Assembly: GCF_006345805.1 (NCBI RefSeq)
Contig: NC_043001.1
Coordinates: forward strand, 47,120,001-47,184,000
Length of the DNA: 64,000 nt
Direction of reading: 5' to 3'
Origin: Octopus sinensis
Taxonomy: Eukaryota
The notes under the pieces are model-generated. The model did not search any database. It was not told the origin of the DNA and saw only the letters and a program-made list of their open reading frames with translations. Positions 52,274 through 64,000 of this stretch are shown one piece after another (position 1 is the stretch's first letter; every line of letters starts with the position of its first letter). The translations under genes and the position numbers were made by a program.

Positions 52274-53148
52274 GAAAAAAAAAACCCCCTGTAAAAGTAG
52301 TATTAAATGAATGTTCAAGTCTTACGAAAGAATGTCTTGGATAGCTATAGTCTCATGTGCCCCACTACACCAGACTTTGTTTCCTCTTAACTTTCAGACA
52401 AATGTATAGTTTTGATGGAATTTTCCAAACTTGAAATATTGAAAAAAAAATGGTGATGTGTATCAATCAAGTGTGTGGTCAATTTTTCTTTTCACATTAG
52501 ATTCCGATATAATCATAATTTACACACTCTGAAAAGTAGTTGTAGAAAATTTCATTACAAAAATACAAATTTTCCTGAAACTTCAGAGCAAACAAAGCCA
52601 ACTCCATGTAAATTTTCGGAAACTCATCTTCCCACTCACAGAAAAGATTTTTTAAATCAAATTCCCATATAATCGCAATCTACACCATCTGAAGCGTATT
52701 TCTGTGTATTATGTACTCACTTCCTCATAGCTTAAAGATAAATGATTATTTTTTTTTTAATGACATTTTTACAAATACACTTTATGATATAAATTCCAGT
52801 TATATAGGAAGTTGTGAACTATTTTTCTGGGAGTGGCAAGAGGAATTCTGGAAAATTCAAGTGTTGGGTTTGTTTCCTCATAATTTTCGGAAAAAACGAG
52901 TATTTCTTTAATGGAATTTTCTGCAAGTATTTTTCAGTGTGTATAGATTACGATTATTTTGGAAATTAGTGCAAAAAATAATTAGTGATCGTGCAGACGT
53001 ACACACTGACACCTCATATATCTACAAAATGGAACTTGAAATTTCGAAACAAATTATGATGTATGCGTGCGTTCCCACCGTTTTTTATCCACATTGAATT
53101 CTGATGTAATGAATTTTCCAAAACTCTTCTCCCCACTCCGGAAAAGAA

Positions 53149-53471
53149 GTTACCACTTGAGAACTGTGGTCCCAGTGCGCGTACTCGCGCATCCGCGCCA
53201 GCTAGTCATGACTAGTCGATCCTTACTTTGTGTTTTTGTGTTATTTACTTTGTTTAAAAAATTATTTACTTTGTGTTTTTGTGTTTTATTTACTTTGTTT
53301 TACAAAAATGATTTACTTTGTGTAAAAAAATTATTTATTTTGTGTTTTATTTACCTTGCTAGGTAGTCGTTGTAGGATCGACTACTTACGACTAGCTAGT
53401 GCGATGCGCGACTGCGCGGATGCGCGACTGCGCGTGTGCGCGCACCGGGACCACTGTTCGCTAGGAGTACC
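53149..53471. mobile_element. Older relative of the 47976 MITE in opposite orientation
   Basis: Shares the internal CTAGTCGATCC...ACTTTGTGTTT...TTGCTAGGTAGTCGTTGTAGGATCG. The flanks GAAAAGAA and GAAAGGAA match at 7/8. Confidence 0.8.
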
Positions 53472-53877
53472 GAAAGGAATTTTCACAACAAAGTCGTGGA
53501 GTGGGACACATTCTGTATGTATGCCGGCAATATTTCGATTACTGCCAAGCAACAAGTAAAACGAAATTGCATGGATTGAATACAAAGGCATGGTTTCAAT
53601 CCCAGGCAAGTCATTTATCAAAGGGACACAAACAGCGTCTACAGTGGTGATACTTAACTTGGGCAGTAGCGTCCCCTTAAGGGTGTTGCCTCTTACAAGT
53701 GGACGTTGGGTATTCAGAGGATTATCATTAATCCAATTAGTGAACTTTTAAAACTATTCTTGCATTTTAAGGACATTTGCAAAAGAAATATAAAAAAATT
53801 CTTTATCTGGATTAGAATAAGTGAAATATTGTTAAATTTCTTCCAACCACTTAGTGTTTCAAATTTTCAGATAATTC

Positions 53878-54282
53878 AGGGCTAAACAGCGGTGGTGTAA
53901 TTCCCATACGGGACTGTCACGTTAAGTTGACAGTATACAACCACTTTAACGCTCCACCACCGCTCATGTCTCTTTGAGACATTTAGAAATTTAATATTTC
54001 TGATTACGGTAACCAGTGAATAGATTTCACTGTAAATATATATATTTGTGAAGGCTGGGCAAGCACCTCAATCGGCAGATCTCACTATCCTGGGCTGATT
54101 ACGGGTTAAGACCCAGAAACATGCATGTCCTCAGGTGTGAATCTTGGATGGTAGGGGTGCTTGCCTCTCCTTCACAAATATAAGGACACAGAAAGGAAGC
54201 GTTCGATGTTTCCTAGGGCTAAACAGCGGTGGTGTAATTCCCATACGGGACTGTCACGTTAAGTTGACAGTATACAACCACT
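53878..54282 (+). repeat. 337-bp unit bounded by a perfect 68-bp direct repeat and carrying a hammerhead-like motif (retrozyme-like)
   Basis: 53878-53945 equals 54215-54282. Internal stems are 53888-53897/53955-53964 and 54042-54067/54156-54181. Confidence 0.7.
54089..54135 (+). ncRNA. Type I hammerhead-like ribozyme motif, probably decayed (G8U)
   Basis: CCUGGG | CUGAUUA | C-GGGU-UAAG-ACCC-A | GAA | ACAUGCAUGU | C | CUCAGG. Confidence 0.65.
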
Positions 54283-56039
54283 CTTTAAAATATGTAGTTG
54301 TGATAATAATCTGGTATGCGCTTGTAACTTCTTTATTATTAATGTTAGAAAGAAAAAAATAACAACCAAAAGAAAAAAATGTCATTTTCGTCATCAGTAT
54401 GCAAAACTACATCAGAAATACATTCTTTGAAAACAGTGGTTGCAAGTGATTTAACAAGATCCATATAACAGTAAGTTTATATTAGTCGTGGACAAACTGC
54501 AATCTTGTGGGACATTCTGAATGGCATGCTTAGCGAAAAATTACTTTGAATTTTTTTTAGGAGTGCTGCTGCTGCTCAGGAAAGGTCGCTCGACTAGTAG
54601 GTATCACTCGCTCACATTTTATCTGAAAAAAAAAAAGAAAAAGGCTCAAATTAAAAATGGTCCCAGATACTATCCCTTGGTTAAAAAAAAAAAGGCCCCA
54701 GAAAAATAAAGGGCTAAACAACAGACAAGATACTGAACTTTTTGATCAACGATTCTGATGTATTGATTTAGTTATCTTTTATGGTAACTGTGTTAGAATG
54801 CATAGAAAAGCGCCCACATTCTTTCCCAGATATTCTTTATACATTTGGTGCTTAGCATCTACTAGCGTAAGAAGGCCAGAAATTTCGTTGGAGGAGCTAA
54901 GTCGATTACATCGACCTCAGTACTCAGCTGGTACTTTTTTTTATCGATCCCGAAAGGATGAAAGGCAAAGTCGACCTCGGTGGAATTTGAACTAAGAACG
55001 TGAAGACGGACCGCTAAGCATTAGGATTTATTGGGACCCCCGACCCAATAAATCCTAAAAGATTCACTCTTTTTCGATTCTTTTTTCTTAAATCCGAGTT
55101 TAAAATAGGGACAGTACGAACTTTTTGCTTAAATCTCACTCTTGGGTACATCACCATTCCATTAACTGTCTTTATGGGGAGAAAAACATTGAAAAACGTC
55201 AATCCATGTCAGAGTGAAAAGAAACGGGGAAGGTATTAGGTGGTCGTGAGATGTGTTAACGATAACAGCTTAAATCACAATTTTTTCCGCATAATTGTAT
55301 GAATCCCAGTGTGTAGAACACAAATTCGCAAGAATTTTCTGAAAATTTCCCCAATATAAAAGAAGTTACACGGGGTGCTTAAAACAGAATCCCGCCATTC
55401 GATCTGATAGAAATGGCACCAACTCTTCATGAAACCACACCCAAACGTATTAAACGTATTTTTTTTTTATTACACCCACTTCTTTTAAACGGTCTCCAGA
55501 TTTCTATTTTGAACATGAGAAATTTAGAATCTTTTATCTTTTACTTGTTTCAGTCATTAGACTGCGACCATACTGGACCACTGCCTAGAAGAATGTTTAT
55601 GGAAATGAATCGATCCCAGTACTTTTGTTTTGTTAAGCTTGGTACTTTATCGGTTTCTTATGCCAAACCGCTAAGTTATCGGTTGTCAAGCGGTAGTAGG
55701 GGACAAATACGCACACATATACGAGAGGCTTCTTTCAGTTTCCGCCTACCAAATCCACTACGAGATTTTGGTTGATCCGCGGCTATAGTAGGAGACACTT
55801 GCCCAAGGTGCCACGCAGTGGGACTGAACCCGGAACCATGTGGTTGAAAAGCAAGCTTTTTATCGCAGAACCACGAAAAAATAAATAAATAAACCAGTAA
55901 CAAATGAGGTTTAGGGAGCTTCAGCTGCGGTATATAAGATTTATAGAAATTTATAAACATATTTCGCTTATATTTGAAAGAAGCAGTTGTTTCGTTTTCG
56001 GAAAAATTTTAAATGTCATAAAGCAAAGTAGCAAGGTAT

Positions 56040-57110
56040 ATGTTTATCGCCACTTTAATGTAGCTGTTCCGTAAAAATTGACATTACTACCACTTTTAGC
56101 CCCAGGCGGAGCCTCTTCCAGCTGTTATCGATGCAATCTGCACCCGATATATATTGCTAGCAGGGGAGCGAACCCCTATGAAATGCTAGCAGACGACAAT
56201 ACGGTTCCGAGCTAATTTGTGCGCATCCTCAGTGGTGGACACCCGTCAGCTAGAGATGAATTCTTTATTATGATCACATAGGATCAAAACAAATACTAGC
56301 AGGGGAGCGAACCCCTATGAAATGCTAGCAGACGACAGTTCCGAGCTAATTTGTGCGCATCCTCAGTGGTGGACACCCGTCAGCTAGAGATGAATTCTTT
56401 ATTATGATCACATTGGGTCGAAACAGAATGGGGACATTACAAGACAGACAAATACAAAATGTTGGATGAATTCGAATGATTATAATAAAAATTCACTTAT
56501 ATATAATTTAATAAAAATAATTAATTTTAAAACTTTTCACTAGAACTTTTTTTTTCAAAACAAAAACCATAAATAGACGAAATAAAGAATATGAAAAAGA
56601 AAAAAATGAACCCGGCAGCCTATAAAGCCCAGCAACTCGCTTTTCCTTTCCTCGATGATTAAGCTGGGTTACTAACACCCACCTTTCTCATCACATCCTT
56701 ACATCGTTGCTCATATTCGCTCAACTGCAGGGTCTTCCTCTCCAACCCCTCTTGCTCTTCAGATGATATCTGAAGTAGGATAGCAAACCAGGGCCAGAGA
56801 CAAAGGACCCTGTCACAGAACCTTCCATTCTTATCCTCCATAGCAGTAATCCTCTCCAGCTCGTAATATATAGAAAAATAAGTACCAGTCAGTCACTGAT
56901 CTTGCAACAAGCGAAGTAGCTACTTCGAAAATCTCTAAAAGAGATGAAAGTAGTAACTATACTGAGAAGTAATGTTTACCGCCACTTCAATATGGCTGTT
57001 CGGTAGGAACCGACGTTCCTACCGTTTTTTAACCGCAGGAGGAGCCTCGTCCAGCTGTTTATCGATGCAATCTGCACCCGATATATTGCAAGCAGGGAAA
57101 CGAATCCCTA
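56040..57110 (-). mobile_element. Partially tandem Penelope-LTR-like repeats with two degenerate hammerhead copies
   Basis: A 139-bp tandem duplication starts at 56157 and 56296. The minus strand reads CCACCA CTGAGGA T GCGCACAAATTAGCTC GGAACC, homologous to 30048-30092. A further partial copy lies at 56940-57110. Confidence 0.7.
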
Positions 57111-57289
57111 TCTTCCTCTAAATGTAATTACCTGGTGCAAACAATATTTTAATGTTTTCTTTTAAAAAGTGTATGCGTGAAGTTGAGAAAAATTTGGCTG
57201 CTATTTCTAGCAAGTTCAGCAACTAGAAACTCCTTGTTGGGCGTTGGTTAAACAGTACGGTGTATTTTAATTCGTAAAATAACTGATTT

Positions 57290-57790
57290 TTCACAGATGC
57301 AAACTTCTAGCCCGTGGATTTAGGAAAGCTCTGAAGGAGACCAAGCTTAAAATTAAGATCGCAGTTATGTAGGATGTACCCCTTCGAAAATACCACATGC
57401 ACTAATGAAAACTGCGTGGTATGTAAGATTAGCCGTGGCATTAACTGTAGAACTAGAAATGTAGCCTACAGCTTAAAGTGCAAAGAGGGTGCTTGTAAAG
57501 ACAAGAACATGGCATACATTGGAGAAACATCTAGAAATATTGCGGAGAGATTAAATAAAGATTTGAAGGAATATGATGACTAAAAACAGTCCTCCATACT
57601 CCACCAATATGCCAAAGACCAACATGGAGGTACACTGGGCCGACTTGACACACGCATTTTATCCAAGCACCCGAAGGACCCATCACTCAAACAAATACCG
57701 GAGTACGTCCTCATAAATGAAACGTCCCCCACCCGTACTAAATAGGAAATACTCATAGAAGGTAATGATACCCTAATACCCATAGAATAT
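57290..57790 (+). mobile_element. Penelope-like GIY-YIG endonuclease relic
   Basis: ORF 57374-57583 reads CTNENCVVC...NVAYSLKC...YIGETSRNIAER. After a stop it continues ILHQYAKDQHGG...ILSKHPKDP. Confidence 0.85.
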
Positions 57791-58329
57791 ATATACATAA
57801 GTACATTTGCTAGTAAGCTGTTATGTTGGCAAATTATATATATATATATATTGTCAATAATAAAAGGGTAAAATTAATTAATTATTAATTAATAATTTTA
57901 CCAAGTAGTGTTCAGTATGTAAAAAGACCATTTACGGTATATTTAAAACATTACGTTATATAATTAGGGTTCAGTAAAAAAAATTACTTTACCACACACC
58001 GAACTTTTAGAAATAGCAGCCAAAAAGTTTTAGCTATTTCCTCTACTATAAGAAAAGTCTCCCAGACAATGTATACTCAAAAATAATTTTTTTACTAAAC
58101 CCTAATTATATAACGTATATATATATATATATATATATAGGTAGGTAGGTAAATGTATATGTGAATAAACAGATAGGTACATAGGTAATACGGACAGACA
58201 AGCACACATACACAAAAGGAGATGAACCAAACGCACACGCATCCACATGAAGACATGAAGACATACATCCATACATAATAGACTCACGTGCATAGTCACA
58301 CAAACCAATACGTATAAAGACAAGGAGAC

Positions 58330-59120
58330 AAAGGTACACACAAACATGAATATGCAGACTCTGCCTGTTGGCTCTTCTCCTGCAACTCAACTTGATTTCG
58401 AGCCGGGTCGACTGCTGCTGGAGAGGATCGACCAGGTAAAGGACCTGGGTATCTTGGTGGATTCTTCCTTTTCGCCTTTGGCCCAGTGCGTCCATGCTGC
58501 CAACAAAGCACGCGGAGTTCTGTTTTTGATTCGACGGTTATTCGGAATGCTCACAGCAGCCATATTCCTACCGCTCTATGTCACGCTGGTGAGACCCATA
58601 TAGGAGTACGAGATTCAAGCCTCTTCTCCTTATCTCCTCAAAGACATACATCATCTCGAAAGAGTCCAGAAGCTGGCTACCCGCATGGTTATTGGTCTCA
58701 AGCATTTGTCTTATGAAGAAAGACTGATGACGCTCGACCTTTATTCTCTAGAAAAACGACAGCGCCGTGGTGATCTCATTCTTGCTCACAACATCATAAG
58801 CAGAAAGTGTAACCTCTTGAAAGAGTTGTTCTTCACTCCTGCTCCAGAGCGTCGGCTGTGGGGTCACTCCGAAAAGCTCTATCTGCAACGATTTCATCTC
58901 AATCGAAGGAGAGGGGCTTCTCCGTCCGGGTTGCGGATCCGTGGAATAAGCTGCCGGACGAGATAGTGAAGATGCCGACAACCGCTCGGTTCAAAGTCTC
59001 TCTTGACCAGAAATGGCCTGAACTCTTTGCATGAACACCATCCCTGTACATAACTCCATGTCCCCCTACATGGCCTTGCTTTTTGCTTTTTGAGCCAAAA
59101 TATTAACTTAACTAACTTAA
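58330..59120 (+). mobile_element. CR1-like LINE 3' end
   Basis: Reads VKDLGILVDSSFSP...LYVTLVRPI*EY...LERVQKLATRMVIGLKHLSYEERL...RRGDLI...WNKLP, with a short (CTAA/TTAA)-like tail. Confidence 0.9.
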
Positions 59121-59785
59121 CATGCGTACATACATGCATACATATATGCATACACACATACATACATGCATACATACACATGTGCATACACATGCACGCT
59201 GACGCATACATGCGACCAAACAGATAGTCAACATCCATTGAGAAGGTTGCAAAAAGCAACGAAAATTTTGGAAGAAAAAATATAAATAATTAATGAGTGG
59301 AAATCGAACCGGTGAGTGTGTTAGATAATAAGGCATCAAGACAATATGACTCTCCCCAGACACAACAAACTATTACTACTCCTCTCGATTCAGCTAACAA
59401 CAGAGCCTTCTACATAATATCTGCTGGAAATAGTTGTGAAATTTCCCTTCCTCATTCATATTTCACCAGCTTAGCAGCCAAAATCTTGATCAAATCACAT
59501 CCGATTGCCTTTACAAACTGAAAGGATAAACTTACTGCAGTCTCAGATATTCTTAGAACTATAGGATGGTCACGCGTGGAATGCCTTTTATCATAGGTTT
59601 GCTTGCTTAGAGTTGGCATGGAAGCTAAACCACAATTTTTTCCCTTTTTTGATAACGTTGATTATGCTCAAGGTTTTCTAATCACGGAATAAATGCTATT
59701 TGATGATGTTCTGAGATAATGTGATAAGATACACTAATCACGAGAAGAAGAAAGAATGCAATTTATTTTTCTTATCTTATTATTA

Positions 59786-59839
<54 letters not shown>

Positions 59840-59847
59840 TATTATTA

Positions 59848-60145
59848 TTGAGTGAGAGAGCAGTGCATGCCATCAAAGTGATACTGGGGTGCAAATATAC
59901 GAAGCCCAGTATACCCACCATGACTACCCGTCTGTAAAGGCCACACGAGGCGCATGCATCACAATCACATATGCCCTACATGGTGATCTCATATCAAGAT
60001 AAACATCACATGATCTTGCAGGTGGAGCCCAGTTAGAATTTTCTTCAGTTCGAGTAACCCATCCTGCTCAAGAGGTCCCTGAATAAGGGTCGTTTAAGGA
60101 TGCTGTGCATCTCTGATCACGAGCAGAAACAGTGGTGGAGCAATA
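59848..60145 (+). repeat. Partial copy of the (TTA)n-associated repeat at 38801-39297
   Basis: Begins TTGAGTGAGAGAGCAGTGCATGCCATCAAAGTG directly after (TTA)n. Confidence 0.85.
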
Positions 60146-60924
60146 ATTTTTGGGGATGTAATAATTGTTTTACATTTTTTGTGAGGACATTTCATTCATT
60201 TTTCCTATTCTAAAAAATATCGGAATACGAAGAAATAATAATAATAATCAACTAAGAGCAGCGTCCGAAAACAAACGCAGCCGAAGGTGAAATAAATTTC
60301 TCGCCAAAGAGAAAAATAATTTCCTCTTGTTACTATGACGTCAGTAATAAATGCAAAAGTACTAGCAGCAACGATAATGATGAAGATGACTATAGCAACA
60401 ATGTGAACAGCAGCAACAGCAGCAACAGCACCACCACCACCACCACCACACCACCACCACAAACGGCAGAAACAACAACAATAACTGCAACTGTATCAAC
60501 AACATCAGCAACAAGATCGAAAACAAAAAATGTAACATGAACAAGATTGAAAACAACAACAACAGTGATAACTGTGTGGAAAACAACAACGACAACACCA
60601 CCAGCAACAACAACAGTAATAATAACACAATGAACCTCAACAAAGCTACTTCCTTTTCTGCAACCGTTAGCAATTGGACTATTTTTTTCAGCGGATGACT
60701 TAAAAAATAAGGCACTGAAATACATGAGTGACATTATGAAACCAAGTGTTATGTGCCTTGGTGAGGAGGAGAAATAAACCTCCGAAAGACGAACAATTGT
60801 TTATAAATGTGTTTCTCGCAAGGAGAGGAAACTTAAATTTCCTACTCCGACAGAGACTGAAAAATGCCTCGAAGATGTGTGGCCCTCAATGCTACACATA
60901 CAGAAAAGTAAACAATATAGAGAT

Positions 60925-63900
60925 TGGGCTGCGATGTAGCAGTGTTATTCCGAAAATCCTTAGGTCTCAAAGTAAGGGCCATCTTCTTGGACTCGGACGG
61001 TAGGTTGGTGGTCCTAGATGTGAATGGCGGTGAAGGTAGTACCTTTAGATTGGTGGCCGTGTATGCTCCGACAGGGGCTAGGAGGCAAGATTTTTCAGGT
61101 GTCTAGAAATATTTCTGGGACAGAAATAGTATTTTGTATGTGCGGAAGGACTGTGTAGGTTTAGTACATAGAAGAAGAGTGTGTAAAAGACTCGAAAACC
61201 TGCTCAGAAACTTCCAGGTTTCTGACAAGTATCAATTGGGTTTCCCTGATGTGCCAGTGTGGACATGGAGCAATCACAATGGGTCATCCAGATCGTATCT
61301 AGATAGAATATTTGAGAAGCCAGCGGATAAGGTTAGTATAGGGTGTCCGCAATTCAAATTGATCGGCCACACAGACCACAAATTTGTGATCTGCACAGCC
61401 GATTTAGATAGGACGGGTTGACAGGGATCCGGTTACTGGAAGTCGAACGCGTCCTTTCCGGCGCGCAATGACTACAGTGACCAGATTAGCGAAGTAATTA
61501 AGCGGCAGTTGACGGGGCAATCGTCAACAACCGGTGGTGGATAGCCCTGAAGAGGGCGATTAGAGCAGAATCAATAGAGTTTAGCAAAGAGTTAGCGATA
61601 GAAAGAAACTGATTAGTGGGAGTACTAGTTAGCAAACTAGAAGAGGCAATTAGTAAAGGCATCGCGACTGACGTGTTAGCGGCGAGAATGACTCTTGACC
61701 ATTTCTTTGAGGCGAAACATGAAGGTTGCGTTGTCAGAGCTAAGGCTTGTGCGCTAAAACATGAGGGCTCGAACGGTGGAGACGTGACGTGGTCTTTCAT
61801 AGATCAGGACGGGTGCGTGTTACATTGTTCTGAGCAGATGTGTGTTGCTTTTCAGCAGCACTTAGCGCAACTATATGGAGGGGTCGATGGGTCAACGATG
61901 GCAGCGGACTTTAGTTCGTACCTAGATGACCTGCCGCGGCTCTCGGCAGCGGACGCGAGGTTATGCGAAAAGCCGATAACGACAACTGAAATACGAGAGG
62001 CGATGAGCGTTTGCACAAGTCGCAAATCGCCAGCTTTAGAATCCTATGTATTCATGTCAGATTTGCCTTATGAATCCTATGTATTCATGTCAGATTTGTT
62101 TGACGACTTCTTGGCAGACGATTACCGTAACTGGCAACAGAACGGGAAAATTCTCAGGGCTGTTGGTCGGGGTGTGGTGATACCGCTGAAGAAGGACGCC
62201 GACAGTGGGGACATGATAGGGAATTTTCGGCCCTTAACTCTGCTAGACACAGAGCTTAAGATTTTAGCGATAAGGTTGGCGCTTGTGGTCCGTAGTTTAG
62301 TAGGGGAAGCACAAACGTGCGTAATCATGAACAGGTCTATCCGCGACAACCTCCACCTTATGCGATACATCATAGAGAAGGCTGGGACTAAAGCTGGCTT
62401 CGGTGGGGTCCTGATCAATCTGGATCAATCAAAAGCATTCGATAGGGTCGACCATCGCTACCTAGAATGCCGTCTTTATAGCGGCCGGTGCGTGCTGGCT
62501 CTCGTGCCACTGCTACGGAAGTTGGAACAATTGAGGGGGGCATCCCATTCGAACTGGGACTTGGAAGAGCAGTGTCTGCATACACGGACGTCACCGTCAT
62601 GATGTCGGACGCCTTCGAGACGGTCGGCTCCACTCGAGAAGAATATGAGTCGGTTGCAGGGGCTAAACTCAATGCCAAGAAGTCGGTGGGCTTGCGACTG
62701 GGCACCTCTAGAGACAGGTCGATGCCGTCAGATGGCGTCGTCGGACGCTGGACTGATGGACCAGTTAAACTGCTTGGGGTCTGGTTTGGTCTCGAACTCC
62801 AGGTGGATAAGAACTAGGATGAGGTGACGAACTGGGTGGCCAGTCTTACCCAGAAATGGGCTGAGAGGAAACTGTCCTTGAAAGGTCGGGCAGAGGTAGC
62901 GAATGCCTACATCGCCACCGTTATCATCTATCGTCTGACCGTCGTGCTTTGCCTCAGTTATTGTTTGATCAAATTGGAGCATCTCTTGTTCATGTTCTTG
63001 TGAAAGGGACGCGTTCCAATGGTCAGGCTGTCAATCTGCTGTTAGCTCTCTCTGAGTGGCGGCTGAGGCATGCCGTGGCTTTTGATGGGCAAATATGCGC
63101 TTAGGTTGTGCCACCTGCATCGATTTCTAAGAGGTGAACGTGTGTGGGTTCTGTTTGTGAGGCACGTATTTCTGCAACTCGTCTCTTTGACAGAACTGCA
63201 GTCCTGGGTAAAGGATGACTAAGACTGGGCACTTGGCACTTAGAATGTCGTCAGGTGCTCACTGTCCTCTACCAGTCAGGCAATTGGGTCGGTGGATGTT
63301 CCACTTTAGCTATTTATAGAAGATGAGTGGCGGGAAAGTGCGACGACATCCTAGGAGAGACACTGGGTGTTGACGAAGATGAACTGACTAGCCTGTTCCG
63401 GAGGACTTTCAAGTTGGGGACTATTATGGATGATTTCCAGATGTCTTTGACTTGGCAGTGCTACCGGGGGACGCTACCGGTTCGAGATAAACTCTAGAGG
63501 CACGGATGTATTGTCAGACGGGCTTGTCCGAGATGCGCACAGAGCGATGAAACCGTTCTGCATGCACTTGTTCAGTGTCCGGGCATTGCTAACTTGTGGA
63601 GTTATGTCGAACAGTTTCTGTTACGTATGGGGCGGATCTGTCTGTCGTCCGAATTCATAGTGCAGATTGCCCCGCCACCCTCCTTTAATCAGACCGGCAA
63701 GGCAGTTTTCCTTTGCCTGGTTGCTGCGGCGAAAGAGATTGTCTGGTGGACGAGGCTGAAAGGAATGAGGACAGAGACATTCCTCTTTGGTAAAGCCCTC
63801 ATCGATTTTTTCAACTTTCACTTCAAAAGGAAAATGAGAGTAGAAAGGGAGGTGCTGTCCTCAAGTGAATTTATGAAAAGGTGGGTGAAAGTTGCGAAAA

Positions 63901-64000
63901 TGGTTAGAGTGGATTGTACCACTCTCAGCGTAGACCTGTGAGTCGGAGGAAAGGAGTTGAAAAATGTATTTGTCCGTGGTATTCAGAGTGATTTTGGATG
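60925..64000 (+). mobile_element. Second large L1/Tx1-clade LINE, decayed ORF2, running off the window edge
   Basis: Reads GRLVVLDV..FRLVAVYAP, WTWSN...SYLDRIF, NFRPLTLLDTELKIL and DQSKAFDRVDHRYL. The QGCPLS region is deleted, YADD has decayed to YTD (62581), and a C-terminal CPRCAQSDETVLHALVQCP is present. Confidence 0.92.

Noticed and set aside
53878-56420. Direct repeats as a CRISPR array
   Set aside because: The context is eukaryotic, there are only two copies per repeat, there are no regular spacers and no cas genes.
56659-56841. 60-aa non-repetitive ORF as a host exon
   Set aside because: No recognisable domain, and it lies within the Penelope-like repeat block.

Overview
Repeat-dominated, AT-rich animal genomic DNA. 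The SINE, LINE and microsatellite landscape and a decayed mitochondrial cox1 insert suggest a mollusc, most likely an octopus; this is an inference, as no search was run. Only one convincing host gene is present: an intronless small heat-shock protein (HSP20/alpha-crystallin, 45510-46028 +) with a TATA box, a perfect CRE and two heat-shock elements upstream. The rest is mobile DNA. It includes three L1/Tx1-clade LINEs (one of about 5 kb with (GATA)n arrays on both sides), two CR1-like tails, an RTE tail, Penelope-like (GIY-YIG) relics, mariner, Tc1 and hAT transposase relics, a complete non-autonomous Helitron, several GG...CC MITEs with 8-9 bp TSDs, a TTAA piggyBac-like MITE with its empty site visible in the window, many tRNA-derived SINEs, a cox1 NUMT and a 100-N gap. 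The most interesting signal is a set of type I hammerhead ribozyme motifs in several unrelated short repeats. One at 30048-30092 has an intact core and all three stems. Another at 54089-54135 lies in a self-complementary 337-bp unit bounded by a perfect 68-bp direct repeat, which resembles a retrozyme. Most ORFs in the supplied track are microsatellite artefacts.
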